35,472 nucleotides of DNA, taken from Catajapyx aquilonaris (lineage: Eukaryota). Below are positions 11,850-24,560 of the stretch, piece by piece. Position 1 is the first letter of the stretch; each line of letters opens with the position of its first letter. Where the stretch lies: the NCBI GenBank assembly GCA_000934665.2, contig JYFJ02004024.1, forward strand, positions 1-35,472, written 5' to 3'. The notes below the pieces were generated by a model. The model did not search any database, was not told the origin of the DNA, and worked only from the letters and a program-made list of their open reading frames with translations. Position numbers and translations under genes: made by a program.

Positions 11850-12410
11850 TTATTTGGCATCAGCAAGACGAGCAATACCAACCTGGTTGTTTGCGAAGTC
11901 AAAGATGGAGTAGCATCTTCCAATGAAGGCATCTCCAAGGATCCACAGAGGGCCCATTGGTGGTGGAATATCGATTCCCGTGAATCCAGACAGACAAATG
12001 GTGCATCCAATGGCACTCAGCTTCAGAGCATAGTCGGTGGGGCCAATGGAGACATCCTTATCTCCGAGGGAAAAGGTGACATTGGGCATTGTCGGCAGGT
12101 TGTCACAGTTGATGTACCACTTGGGTCTGACGATGTGGGTGGCACCCATGGCCTTGTTGATGGCTTTGACTTTGGCAGTTGGGCCAGCGATGACACTGGT
12201 GCCAGTGTCTACGATCATGGCACAGCCTTACTGGCAGCCAATTGCACTATCGCCAACCTGTGTGAAGAAAGGCATAAAATTACAAATGTGCATCAGGCAT
12301 TACTTTAAAAGCATAACATTCAGCAAAGGAATAACAAAAGTTTCCAAAGCCAAAGTTCAAAAACATTTATAGCCTTACATTTTTTAGCAACTAAATTATA
12401 GAGAAATTCA
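11850..12410 (-). pseudogene. Orphan duplicate of the cathepsin D terminal exon (11850-12257) plus about 150 bp of preceding intron, with an in-frame stop
   Basis: Aligns with 13884-14430 including the intron and acceptor (cacacag|gttggcgat). Reads [20 protein letters not shown]...[19 protein letters not shown] at 12228-12230 replaces GAA. No upstream exons found between 12410 and 13880. Confidence 0.88.
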
Positions 12411-13883
12411 CAAAAATATCTTGCACTCTAACAGAATAGATGAGGTAGACGACCATAGTCTTCACATGGTGGAGTGCTATAATATTTTCATATTACAATA
12501 AGCTAGTGAAAACCTTTTCCAAATTAATCAACAAGCAATGTCCATCTCTTTAACAAAGTATAACATGAACACTTACTTGACATGTGCCTGACAGCTGACG
12601 ACCCAGGCCAAGATGATAGCCAGGCAAGCCTTCATTTTCATGCCATGGTCGGGCTTCCGCTAACCTTCGAGTTGGTTAGTGAGAGGGAAGCTCTTTTAGA
12701 TTGTTGTCCAGGTTACCTCTTCTTCAAGACTGTCAGGTTCGGATATCAGGGCGACGCAGTTGCCTGCTGGCCCTGATATCGTCTGCCTAGTCAGTGTATG
12801 TATGGGCGAAGCAGATGCCTGCTGGCCCAACCATCACCCTTTATTTTATGAAGGTTATCAGATTTTTCGTGGATCTGTTCTTTTCATCTAGGACGTAACA
12901 TGGAAGATGTTGACCAAGATGTTGACAATACTTGAGTCTCCATTTTTTTACAGGGCTGAGAAAACGGTTGCACTTGATCTGGCTAACACCTGTAATTGTA
13001 GACATTGTACAGTACACACAGACACATGGGTACAAATTTGTTTGCAAAGTACAGTATCATGCATCTGGGGAGGTCAAGCTCCTCTTTGGCAATTTACACG
13101 TCAGATTCTGGCTTATAGAAAGACAGCAAACATTATGCAAGCACTATATTTACAGCATACTGTTAATGCACATTGCACAAGTTATACTGCACATGTTACT
13201 GTAACATGCATGTAATTGTATATGAATCAATAGAAATACAATGAATAAGAAACAAATCCCCAACACTTTGTGGCAAATGGGACAACTGCTCCGAGTTCTA
13301 AAATTGATTGCAAAGAATTAGTATACAGTAATTGAGTCCTTCTTCCTCGAAAATAACTTTTGCCCGGACTGCTCAGCTGTCTTATCACTCTATAAACATT
13401 ACTTCATGAGGAGCATTCAAGCTATTTGAAGAGAAATATCTTGTGAACACAGTAAGTCACCCCTTTGTTTTGTGATAGCATGCAATGGAGGAGAGCAGAG
13501 GTGAATCCCCTCAGGTCATTACACTTCCACCTTTGAGATATATAGTTTGATATTCAGATTCAATTCAGATCTTTCACAGGTTTCCTTTTAGATTCTCTCT
13601 TTTCCGCACTGTTGCTAAATCAAGTTTTTCCAACCCCAATATTACTTGGCTCATTCCAATACTTTCAGTGAATTACATAACTCACTTTGCGACATATGTA
13701 AATTGATAGCATTTACTGGATGTGCGAAAAGTCAAGTCAGATACATGTGATTGGAATTCGTATCCTTGTTTGTGCTATTATTTAGCATGTGAAAGAAGGA
13801 AAATAATACATCACTTGTTTGTTAGTGCGATGAGTACTTTATTGGCATGCAGTTGTTAGTAGCATTGAGTTGAGGTCACCTTT

Positions 13884-15636
<1,753 letters not shown>

Positions 15637-16461
15637 TGTCGTGGCTGATGAAAACTGGACAACGGGGCTTCCTTGTGATCCTCCTGCTTTTATTCAAGGC
15701 TACTCTTGACTTCTGACCCCACACTTCAGAGTATCAGGTGACTGGAAAAACATTAGTCAAGAGTTATATCAGTCCGTAGTGGCTATCAGAAGATTATATC
15801 CCTTCACCTTGTCAGTGATTTCTCCTTCATTCATTATCTCCTGAGATTTCAGCACTTGAAAGGCAAGGCCAACATGTCAAATTTGACATTGACAATGCAT
15901 TATCTTCATTTTTTTTTTATATCATTGAGAAAGCAGTTGCACCCAATCTGTCCAGCACCTGTAACTGTACTCGTTGTATAATACACACATTGGAGACAAA
16001 ATTATTTGCACAGTCCAGTATCGTACATCTTCTCAGGTCACGCTTCTTTTTTGCAACCCCTTACATAAGCAAATGACAGGCTCAGGATTCAACAGAACAA
16101 CTGGTCTACAAGCATAATTCACAGCAGAAGGTACCCACACCATTATTTACCACCAAGTTGCCATTATTACAATTCCATTCATGCCATTACAAATATTGTA
16201 CAGTAAAGCCTGCCCATTACGTACCCTGGGTATAGCGGAAGCCTATCCATTGCGGAATTTTTCCTGGGAACAGGCATATGTATAGGACATGTAATGTGTT
16301 TTTAGACGGATATTACAGAACCTGTCCAATGCAGAAACGGAGAGGATTTTTGTCTCCCTTCAGAAAAATCTATGTCCATAATGATGCGAGTCACAGCAAT
16401 AGAAACTACAGACGGTTCTGCCTCTGAGTAACCATTTTTGGACAGTCCTTTCACCATACTA

Positions 16462-16822
16462 ATAATAATATAATAATAATAATATAATAATTGTGGGTAA
16501 TGCTTTCACCCCTTCCGGGGTATCGCATGAACCTTTATTTTATTTTCCAATTTTTCTTTTAACTTCCACTCCGGTGCAAGGAATCAAGGAATTTGGGTAA
16601 GGATAGGGATTTTTCGGGGAGGGAACATGGGTGCAAGGTGCAATGTCATAGCTATGGGTCATGTGCTGTTCCCCAGGAGGTTAGGTTGCCAGACACCTCC
16701 TTGGTGCAGGTCAGAGACCCTCCCGACGCAGGTGAAAGGAAAGTTCCCCAGGCGGGGATCGAACCCGGGGCCTTTCACTCAGCAAGCCGTGACGTTACCA
16801 TCACGGCCACCACACCTCCCCG
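16462..16822 (-). mobile_element. Complete tRNA-derived SINE with (ATT)n tail and 14-bp TSD
   Basis: Minus-strand head has A box tggccgtgatgg and B box ggttcgatccc. Tail is (aat)n at 16461-16490 on the plus strand. TSD ctttcaccatacta at 16448-16461 and 16823-16836. Confidence 0.92.
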
Positions 16823-18615
16823 CTTTCACCATACTATGTCTCCAATTTCTGGAATTCCTATCAGCCTTAAAGATATTGAGATGAAAGGGGACTATTTTTG
16901 GTTGGCAAGAAGATGGTGGGCTAAGTTTAGTTCACGGTTCAGTCCAGTTTTAAAATGTCGGGGAAGAGGAAGGCGTGGACAAAGGACCCCCTCCCCTGGT
17001 ATGACGCTTAAAAATTTCATTTTTCTTCTGTGTTCTCGCCTTTGTTTTGTTTGATTTGATTTAAAATATATATATATATATATTCTATCTTGCAGCCGCC
17101 CCTAGGCAATTCCCTGCTCTGCCTAATCGTAAATCTGTCGCTGGCTAATCAGGAGTCATTATGAAATATCCTAGAAAAGATAACACTGTAATACAGTAAG
17201 ATTTCATATCTTATTAGATGCGGAAAAGTCTTTTTATCTGACATTAATTCCAGTGACCTATATTTATAAGCAATGTTTCACCGGTTTGTAAAGATGAGTA
17301 AGATCAATACGTGCTGCCATGTAATGGTCCTCCTGATCACAAAACAGTGCCGATTCCTTAAGATATTTTGCACACAGGTGTTTGCATAGCTTCAAGAATT
17401 AAGTCGCATTAAAAATTAAACAGCAGAACCCTGCCTGTAACAGCAAATATTAACAAAGCTGACTGATCATGCAAATCCTAGATGTCCTCTTCTACTTAAG
17501 ACACAATTCATCAAACTATCCTGGTAAATATTACTTGCTTGCTGTAATCCTCATCATTAGAATTTGCCCTTTATATTTTCCCCTCTCCAGTGAAAATGTG
17601 CATATTTGACCATATGTGATGAAGAGAATTGTATTGTGGGAAGCTTTCCCTCTCTTGTTACTTGATTTGTGAATGATCACTTTCTAGAAGTTGTCTTCAT
17701 CATGCAAAGCCCTCTTGATGTGAACATATTCCGCATGTTCATCCATCATGAGCAGGGAAGTGATCAACACCCCTCAATTATTCCATTTGAAATATGGAAT
17801 GCTCAATAATCGATTTCATTTCCATATTTCAAGTTTACTAGATCATCAGCTGAGAAAATACTGGACTATGCTGATGCAAGGCTGAGAGAGAAGCACTGAT
17901 TTACACATCTGCAAAAACTGACAGCAAGGCCCCTTGTGTTTGCAATACTTCCTTGTAGGTTACTGCCATCCTTCTAATGTGATGCAATTAAAATATAATG
18001 TGACAATACTGTAGTACAAAGGGTAACGTGTTATGTAACATAGCAACTGCATCAAGTACCATTGACTAGTTACAATCTTTCACTTCGGCAAGTGATATCA
18101 GGTAGGTCTATAGTGAAAAACGAAGTATGGATATCACATTCCTGATTCATCTTCATCCAACTACTATAAAAGCTATCTTCCTTGTTGCTTCCCCTACAAA
18201 GTTCCTTCATGGTCATGAATTTGGGTGATATAAGCCATTGTGCTGCAATGCACAACTAATGTATCTGCAACTGGGACCATGCCTGAATGCCAAAAATTAG
18301 GTCAAGGTCAAGAATATAATTAATAAATAATAATTGGCTGGCTCGTGATAGGCCCGCTGGAGCCTTTTAGGGGATCATCTGTTATTTACCTGACTTTAGT
18401 CATTGTCTGCTCTATGATGGTGTTTGTATTAGTTAACATTGCCATTTCCTGACAATGGTTCTAACCAGTTAATTTGAATTTATTTTCTTCATACAGATAG
18501 TGAAACCGATCATATTCATCTTCCTGACAGCTGATAACATTTGTGAATGATGCTAAATCTCATAATCCATGCACACAGTAAGAACATGTACAGCCTTACA
18601 TAACTTGACAAGTTT

Positions 18616-18777
18616 CCGCATTTGATGGCATACAAGACACACGGGCATGTAAGACGGACCCCCCATTCTAACCGCAGATCATATTCTGGAAAAAAAGCCT
18701 TTATTGTATTTTCGCATGTAATTTTTTAGCCATCTTTTGGGGAAAAAAGTGAGTCATATATGCCATCAAATACAGTA
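18616..18777. mobile_element. Degenerate pogo/Tigger-like MITE just downstream of gene C
   Basis: Terminal inverted match ccgcatttgatggcata / tatgccatcaaatacagta. Confidence 0.6.
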
Positions 18778-18890
18778 ATTGCCTAAACCCGTTTAACAAA
18801 TCCTCTCTTTTATAACGTACAGTACTTATACATATGTTAGTAATGATGAAATAGGTGTTAGGTAATATCTTTTATTAGTATTGGTGCTTA

Positions 18891-21039
18891 TCACTTGGCC
18901 TCAGCCAACCCAACCTGTGCATTTCCATAGTCAAATACAGTGTAGAACTTTCTGATAAAGGCATCACCCAACCTCCACATTGGGTTTGTATCGTCACACA
19001 TAAATATAGGTGTGCATGTATTAAATATCCCACCAGATTGCTGCAAAAACAAAATGCTTTAGTAACTGATCAATTATTTTAAAAGCATACAGTACATACC
19101 GAAATGTAATCATTTCCCTGCATAACAATGGCATGCTCGCCAAAGTGAAAGTCCAGCTTCGGTAGGTCAGGGATGCGGCTGCAGTCCACAGTCCACTTGC
19201 CAGTGAGAATATTCTGTGTTGCTCCTATTTTGTGATAAATGGACGTAATATCGTCTTTGTGCCCAGATACATAGGCATAGCTTGTCTGAAACGTGGCGTT
19301 GCAGCCATTCGTGCATGCAGCAGGATTTCCACCCACCATGACGCTAACATAGGTGAGAAAAATCTTTAAGTACAAAATGTAGTACATGTAATGTACGTGA
19401 CAAGACCCAAGACCAAAATTATCCTTCCTTTTCTTACGCCATCAATTAAAAGTTCTTCTATTGTACATGAATAATGATGAAATTGAATATTTCAGTACCT
19501 GCTTAGTTCAACTTGCCACTTTGCCTTCTTGTTCACGGGTATGTAGGTAATGTTGCCGTTGTAATGGTTGGCATCAGCTCCACCCAAAGTCAATACGCCA
19601 CCTGGTGCTTTTTTCGGGTCCCTGACAAAGCAAGCATAGATATCAAAATAATGCATAAACTGTGTAATTCTTAAGAGTGTCAAGATTAAGAAAGGCATCT
19701 GAAATAGCGCCTTACATATCAAAAAATTCAACCAATATGCAATGAAGAATGTAAATTTTCCAACGAAAAATAAAACAAAATTCAATGAAAGAGAATGTGA
19801 CAGAGACGTTGATAAGGCAGGCTTCTTGTCTCAATATTGGCACTGCATTGCAATAACATTTGTAAACATTTCTATTATGCAGACTTACTTGCTCATATAG
19901 AAGGCAAATACAGGCTTGTCAATCAATTTGTCGGCAATCATTTGACTGAAGATGGTGGGGAGCCCAGAAGCTGAAGCTTCGTTAAATGCCATTCCTACAA
20001 CGGCATCACACTTAAATGATCCAAATGGTGTCATTGGCGTAGTTGTCATCTCTGCGAAAGTGTACTTCTTTGTTGCCACGTTAGAAATCTGTACAAAGAG
20101 GAAAAGAAGTGTCAATCAATTCAGGACATGCCTTTGAAAGACAGAAGAGAGGTTTAAATATTACAAACAAGGCAGATCTCGATTCTATTTCAAGAAACGA
20201 TATGTATAAACCATTAGTTGGTGCATTATTATGCTGTAAACACAATTAAATAATGTACCCTTTTGGTAAATGTATGCAAATAAATAATGAGGAATGCTGA
20301 ATTCATAGACTCACTGTGATGTCATCAGTGGAAAGGAATCCTGCCACATGGCCTCCAAGTAAGTCGACATCATAGTTGGTACCATTCACTTTGTAGGTAG
20401 ATGATTTACTGTTGTCATACCGAGCATGTGCTCCTAAAAATTATTGAAATAAAATTATTGCTTGCATTGCACAATTATAGCCCTAACACTTACTGCAAGG
20501 ATAAGCCAAAATGCCACACTTCTCGGAGTAGACAACAGTATCCGCAAACCCTGTGTGAAAAAAGGCCTGGAATATCTGTCCAGGAGTCCCAATGCTAATA
20601 GGTCCATAATATTGCAACTGTAATTAACACGCGAATCAGGAACAGTGTTCATGAATAGTGACCCTAGCAGTGACTTACGTTATCATAATCCGTAAGGGTC
20701 TCATCCGCTGGACCTGTTTTCAGCTTACCCAGGGGAATCCTAGAATGAAACATTAAAATCAACAATATTGTAAGCACACAAAAACCCTATCAACCAATTA
20801 AGTCTGAAAATGAGGTCATTCACTACAACAGCAGGTCGTAACGCAATAAGTGAAGGTTACGTAAGTTTCTAAATGCAAACCTTGTTTTCTAAATCAATAC
20901 TTATAGATTCATTCAAAAAAAAAATGACAGTAGTAAAAAACTTCTAATAAAATCTAACACAAATTAATGAAAATTTCACTCACTCCAACAGAGCGTTGCA
21001 TGTGGCTATTGCCACCAGGAAGAGTGCGACAGACTTCAT
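18891..21039 (-). CDS. Gene C: cathepsin D-like pseudoprotease (both catalytic Asp replaced), 8 exons, 358 aa
   Basis: Exons: 20984-21039, 20679-20739, 20494-20617, 20315-20433, 19889-20088, 19499-19621, 19100-19343, 18891-19040. All GT-AG, 1077 nt, no stops. Signal peptide [89 protein letters not shown] at 18871-18876. Confidence 0.92.
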
Positions 21040-21083
21040 TATTAGTGTGGTGGTGACACTCACAGAAAAAGTTTTCGGGGGCC

Positions 21084-21101
21084 CTATATATGAGCAGATA
21101 G
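21084..21101 (-). promoter_or_regulatory. Probable TATA box of gene C with adjacent GATA motif
   Basis: Minus-strand TATATAG at 21084-21090, about 50 bp upstream of the ATG at 21039. AGATAG at 21096-21101. Confidence 0.55.
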
Positions 21102-21473
21102 GAAGTAATCAAACGCTCTTGAACATGTACTCGAAGTTACGCAACCAAGAACGAAGGTAAGAGTTAAACTGCGTATCTGTGGTGACCTCAAGTCCAAAAT
21201 AGTTATCTAATCAAGAAGAAAACACTTACTCTCCCGCTAAGTGTGTGTGCCAGACAGCAAGACAAGAAAAGGGTACGATATTTTCATCAAGTGCAGTTAT
21301 GAACAATGCTCTAATGCTTTGAAAGACAAAATGGCGTTCAAATTTTGGTCCTTGGACTGATCCACAAGGATATGGAAGTTTGGGTTGCGGCTGATGAAAG
21401 CCAATAATTTTCCAGCTGTGGATGTGGGCTTGAGAGCCAAATAATTTAAACATGTGAAATGCAATATTGTATC

Positions 21474-21789
21474 CACTGTAAACTGCAAAACATTAAAAGA
21501 GCATCACTGCTAATGGCCGGTTTTCATAAAAATCCCGGTTCTTTAGGAAAATCCCTATTCTATTTGCAGGGATTTTCCGAAAGAACCGGGTTTTTTATGA
21601 AAACCGGGCTTGGTGAAACCGGCCATAAGTCTCTCATGGAGCATCGATTTTTACTGCTCTTCTAATGCTCCGCTAATCCTCTTGTGATGCTTTTAGCAGA
21701 AAAAAATGCACCACAGGAGCATAAGAAGAGCATTAAAAATTGATGTTCCATGAGAGACTCACCAGTTTAATGTTTTGTAGTTTACAGTG
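21474..21789. mobile_element. Nested MITEs: outer palindrome containing a PIF/Harbinger (Tourist-like) MITE at 21514-21625
   Basis: Outer TIRs cactgtaaactgcaaaacattaaa / tttaatgttttgtagtttacagtg, with inner arms at 21629-21671 and 21716-21759. The inserted element tggccggttt...aaaccggcca is flanked by TAA at 21511-21513 and 21626-21628 and is itself palindromic. Confidence 0.85.
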
Positions 21790-22117
21790 TATGTAACTGT
21801 CTTTTAAATGTTAAAATGTCTTTCCTCTCCCCGCCAGTGTGTCATATTACTATGAATTCTTTAGAAACTCCAGCGGAGGCTACAATGTCCTATCAGCAGT
21901 CAATTGCAATGATCACGCCATCAGTGACGCACATACCTGCGATGCGTGACATGTGACCATTCCCCATTTCCAAAATGACAATTAAAACATTTTAAATCAA
22001 AATCATCATGTTGCGTTATTATTTACATGTGAATGTTGCTGATGTTTGTGGAAAGCCATGCTAAAGTTGACGTCATGGTGTTTTTTGCATCATTATTCGA
22101 ATACAAATGTCACTATA

Positions 22118-22543
22118 CAGGGTGTATATCTGAACTCAGTGCCCCGACGTATATGACTGCCTTCCTAGCCACCAGAGGATCGATTTAAGTATAGGAGTCC
22201 TATGTCTGGGCAGCCCCATTACTGAGATACACTCTTTAGCGATTTTTGCCTAATCGCTCCTTCTGACTTTTAAATAGAATTTTCTGGTGTAACTAGCCAA
22301 AGAGGCCTTACCACCTGTGGGCAACAAACCAACAAAGTCCCGCCCCCAGACCTTCCAGAGCCTTCTGACTGGGGGAGGGTTCGATGGGTGGCCTAACCGA
22401 CAGGATATTTTGTACTACATGTTTGCGGCCAATTATCTCCGCAATGAGGCTGCCCAGACATATGATTCCTATACTTAAATCGATCCTCTGGTGGCTAGGA
22501 AGGCAGTCATATACGTCGGGGCACTGAGTTCAGATACACCCTG
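22118..22543. mobile_element. Tc1/mariner-type MITE, about 110-bp near-perfect TIRs, TA TSD
   Basis: ta|cagggtgtatatctgaactcagtgccccgacgtatatgactgcc... / ...ggcagtcatatacgtcggggcactgagttcagatacaccctg|ta. Confidence 0.92.
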
Positions 22544-22782
22544 TATAACTCGAGGCAGCATTTCCTTGAATCATCTGTAATATTGTGAGCCACACAATGT
22601 TAAAGGTATTGCACAATCTATATCAAATATAAAGTTAAGCAAAAATAGACTCCCCAACACTTCATCTGTTGTTGCATCAATGTATGATTATAAAGATGAA
22701 GTGCTAAATGATTGCAGAGAATATTTTTGCTGCAGTCAGCAAAATGATAAGGACAGATGCGTTAATTGTTTTGTGGATTACA

Positions 22783-23498
22783 AAAGCAAACCCCCTTACC
22801 ATCCAGCCGGAAACGGTTTGGTTGAAAGATTTAACAAAACGTTGGTCGACATACTTAGTCTTTATGTCGACAACAACCAGCTCAATTGGGACAGAAACCT
22901 TCCTCTAGTTCTAATGGCGTACAGGGGTGCCATTCAGGAGTCAACAGGGGAGACTCCTTTCTTCCTAAACCATGGTCGAAACATTGTCTTCCCGTTTGAC
23001 GACATAATAAAACGTTATCTCCAGTCCCCTGGTAACAACTTCACTGAAAATCTTGTGAAAACTCTCCAAAATTCGTACCATGTTGTAAAAGACAGGATTC
23101 ACAAAGCTTTTCTACGACAGAAAAAATCACATGATCGTGGGTTTCGTCCAAAACACTTACGTCAAGGCGATATGGTACTAATTCACAAGCCCCAGTACAA
23201 AAAAGGACTCAGTCGAAAATTCCATCAGACTTGGCATGGTCCTTACAGAATCTTGAACCGTAAAAGCCCTGTTATTTTTGAACTTCAAAAACCAGGCCAG
23301 ATCGGTTCGTTCACGATTCACAGAGATCGACTTAGAAAATATTTTCCCTCAACTCCTTTTCCTACAATGGACATTCCATGTGTGGACACTCAAACTACAT
23401 CACAAACATTCTCAAAGCCAGTCCATACCAATGCCTCCTCCTACAATCTTCGTCCAAACCCATACCCCGCAGGGTTTTACAGTCAGTTTTTCAAATAA
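22783..23498 (+). CDS. Gypsy integrase fragment (catalytic Glu region and GPY/F module)
   Basis: Part of ORF 22680-23498. Recognisable homology starts at about SKPPYHP; the zinc finger and first two DDE aspartates are missing. Confidence 0.88.
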
Positions 23499-23723
23499 TT
23501 ATGAGTACTGCATTGTCGAAATTACGTGTAAACAACATTGACAGAATGGTAACCAGTCCATTGTCAAAATTCACTCAACCAATTTCTTTGACAACATGTG
23601 TAATTAAAGAGGCTGTGTTGTATCCTTAACAACCTAGTTGGCTGTTTTCAAACATTGTTGTCAGTTCTGTTCCAAAATAATATAGAACAGACACCCTCTG
23701 AGAAATTTTCTCTCATATTCATA

Positions 23724-24329
23724 ATGGGGAAGGGGGAAAAGAAGAAAGGTCCAAGGGGGGGTATCAACCAGTACCGGCCCTACGCTCCACCACCACTGTT
23801 GAGCCTGTTGTCTAGTCCACCACCTCAACCGCTACCGGTGATAGAAGACGTTCCGACCCTGGCAGATGAAGGTTCACAGTCACCATACTACCTTCCGTTG
23901 TCGCCCACGCAGTTAAACAACTCTAACTGGAAAAAGTTGCACAACGAATTGGTAGAAGCCTTTCCGGGAATACTGTCTCCCATACCAGAAGCAGAAGGTG
24001 AGCCTAAATCCAGCGGGTATGATGCGCTGGTGCCAGCAATAGATTGGACCACACCCATGGAGGTGGAATTAGATCTTCCAAAAAAGATCTCCAGAGATTT
24101 CACTCACCAGATGATCTACGACCACGTGACCTCAACATGCGGTCCAGTGGATGACTTGTTGGCTGGTGTGGCAGCCAACCAGGTCATCCATTCCAGGCCA
24201 TCCATTGGCCATGGAATAATAACCTATGGTCCAGGGAACCTCATAGCACCTCCGTGCTACAGGAGGAAAAGAAGAAGGAACTGTTCCCCGGAACATTCTT
24301 TAAAACGTTCCTCACCACCACCAACGTAG
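23724..24329 (+). CDS. Extra ORF of unknown function between Gypsy pol and the 3' LTR (201 aa from ATG)
   Basis: Open frame MGKGEKKKGPRGG...PPPLLSLLSSPPPQP...RRKRRRN...SSPPPT. Proline-rich with basic clusters; no signal peptide or TM segment visible. Confidence 0.55.
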   Translation: MGKGEKKKGPRGGINQYRPYAPPPLLSLLSSPPPQPLPVIEDVPTLADEGSQSPYYLPLSPTQLNNSNWKKLHNELVEAFPGILSPIPEAEGEPKSSGYDALVPAIDWTTPMEVELDLPKKISRDFTHQMIYDHVTSTCGPVDDLLAGVAANQVIHSRPSIGHGIITYGPGNLIAPPCYRRKRRRNCSPEHSLKRSSPPPT

Positions 24330-24370
24330 ATATTGGCGGGGGTAGCATCATCACCACCGACAGGAAGCCG

Positions 24371-24430
24371 GAGGACATCATCCCGGAGGACATCATCACA
24401 GAGGACATCATCACAGAGGACATCATCACC
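24371..24430 (+). repeat. 15-bp tandem repeat x4 (gaggacatcatcaca)
   Basis: Directly visible; reads (EDIIT)n in ORF 24254-24508. Confidence 0.95.
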
Positions 24431-24560
24431 GACGATTGGAACATGGAAGACGTCGTCTCTGGTGACCTCAACCCGGAGGACTTGATGTTTTCACCAGATC
24501 ATCTCTAAAAAAAAGTGGCAGCCCTGTTGGACTACCTCTTTTTTGCAAGAAAGAGAGCAA

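Noticed and set aside
16593..17054. tRNA-like sequence near 16750-16815 and a 153-aa ORF
   Set aside because: It is the SINE head (body, tail and TSD present), not a tRNA gene; the ORF is incidental.
17400..18300. Possible decayed transposase/recombinase-like coding sequence on the minus strand
   Set aside because: Only vague resemblance, many stops, no diagnostic motif.
20555..20557. Calling gene C an active histo-aspartic protease like Plasmodium HAP
   Set aside because: HAP retains the second Asp; here it is Gln and the following Gly is Ser.
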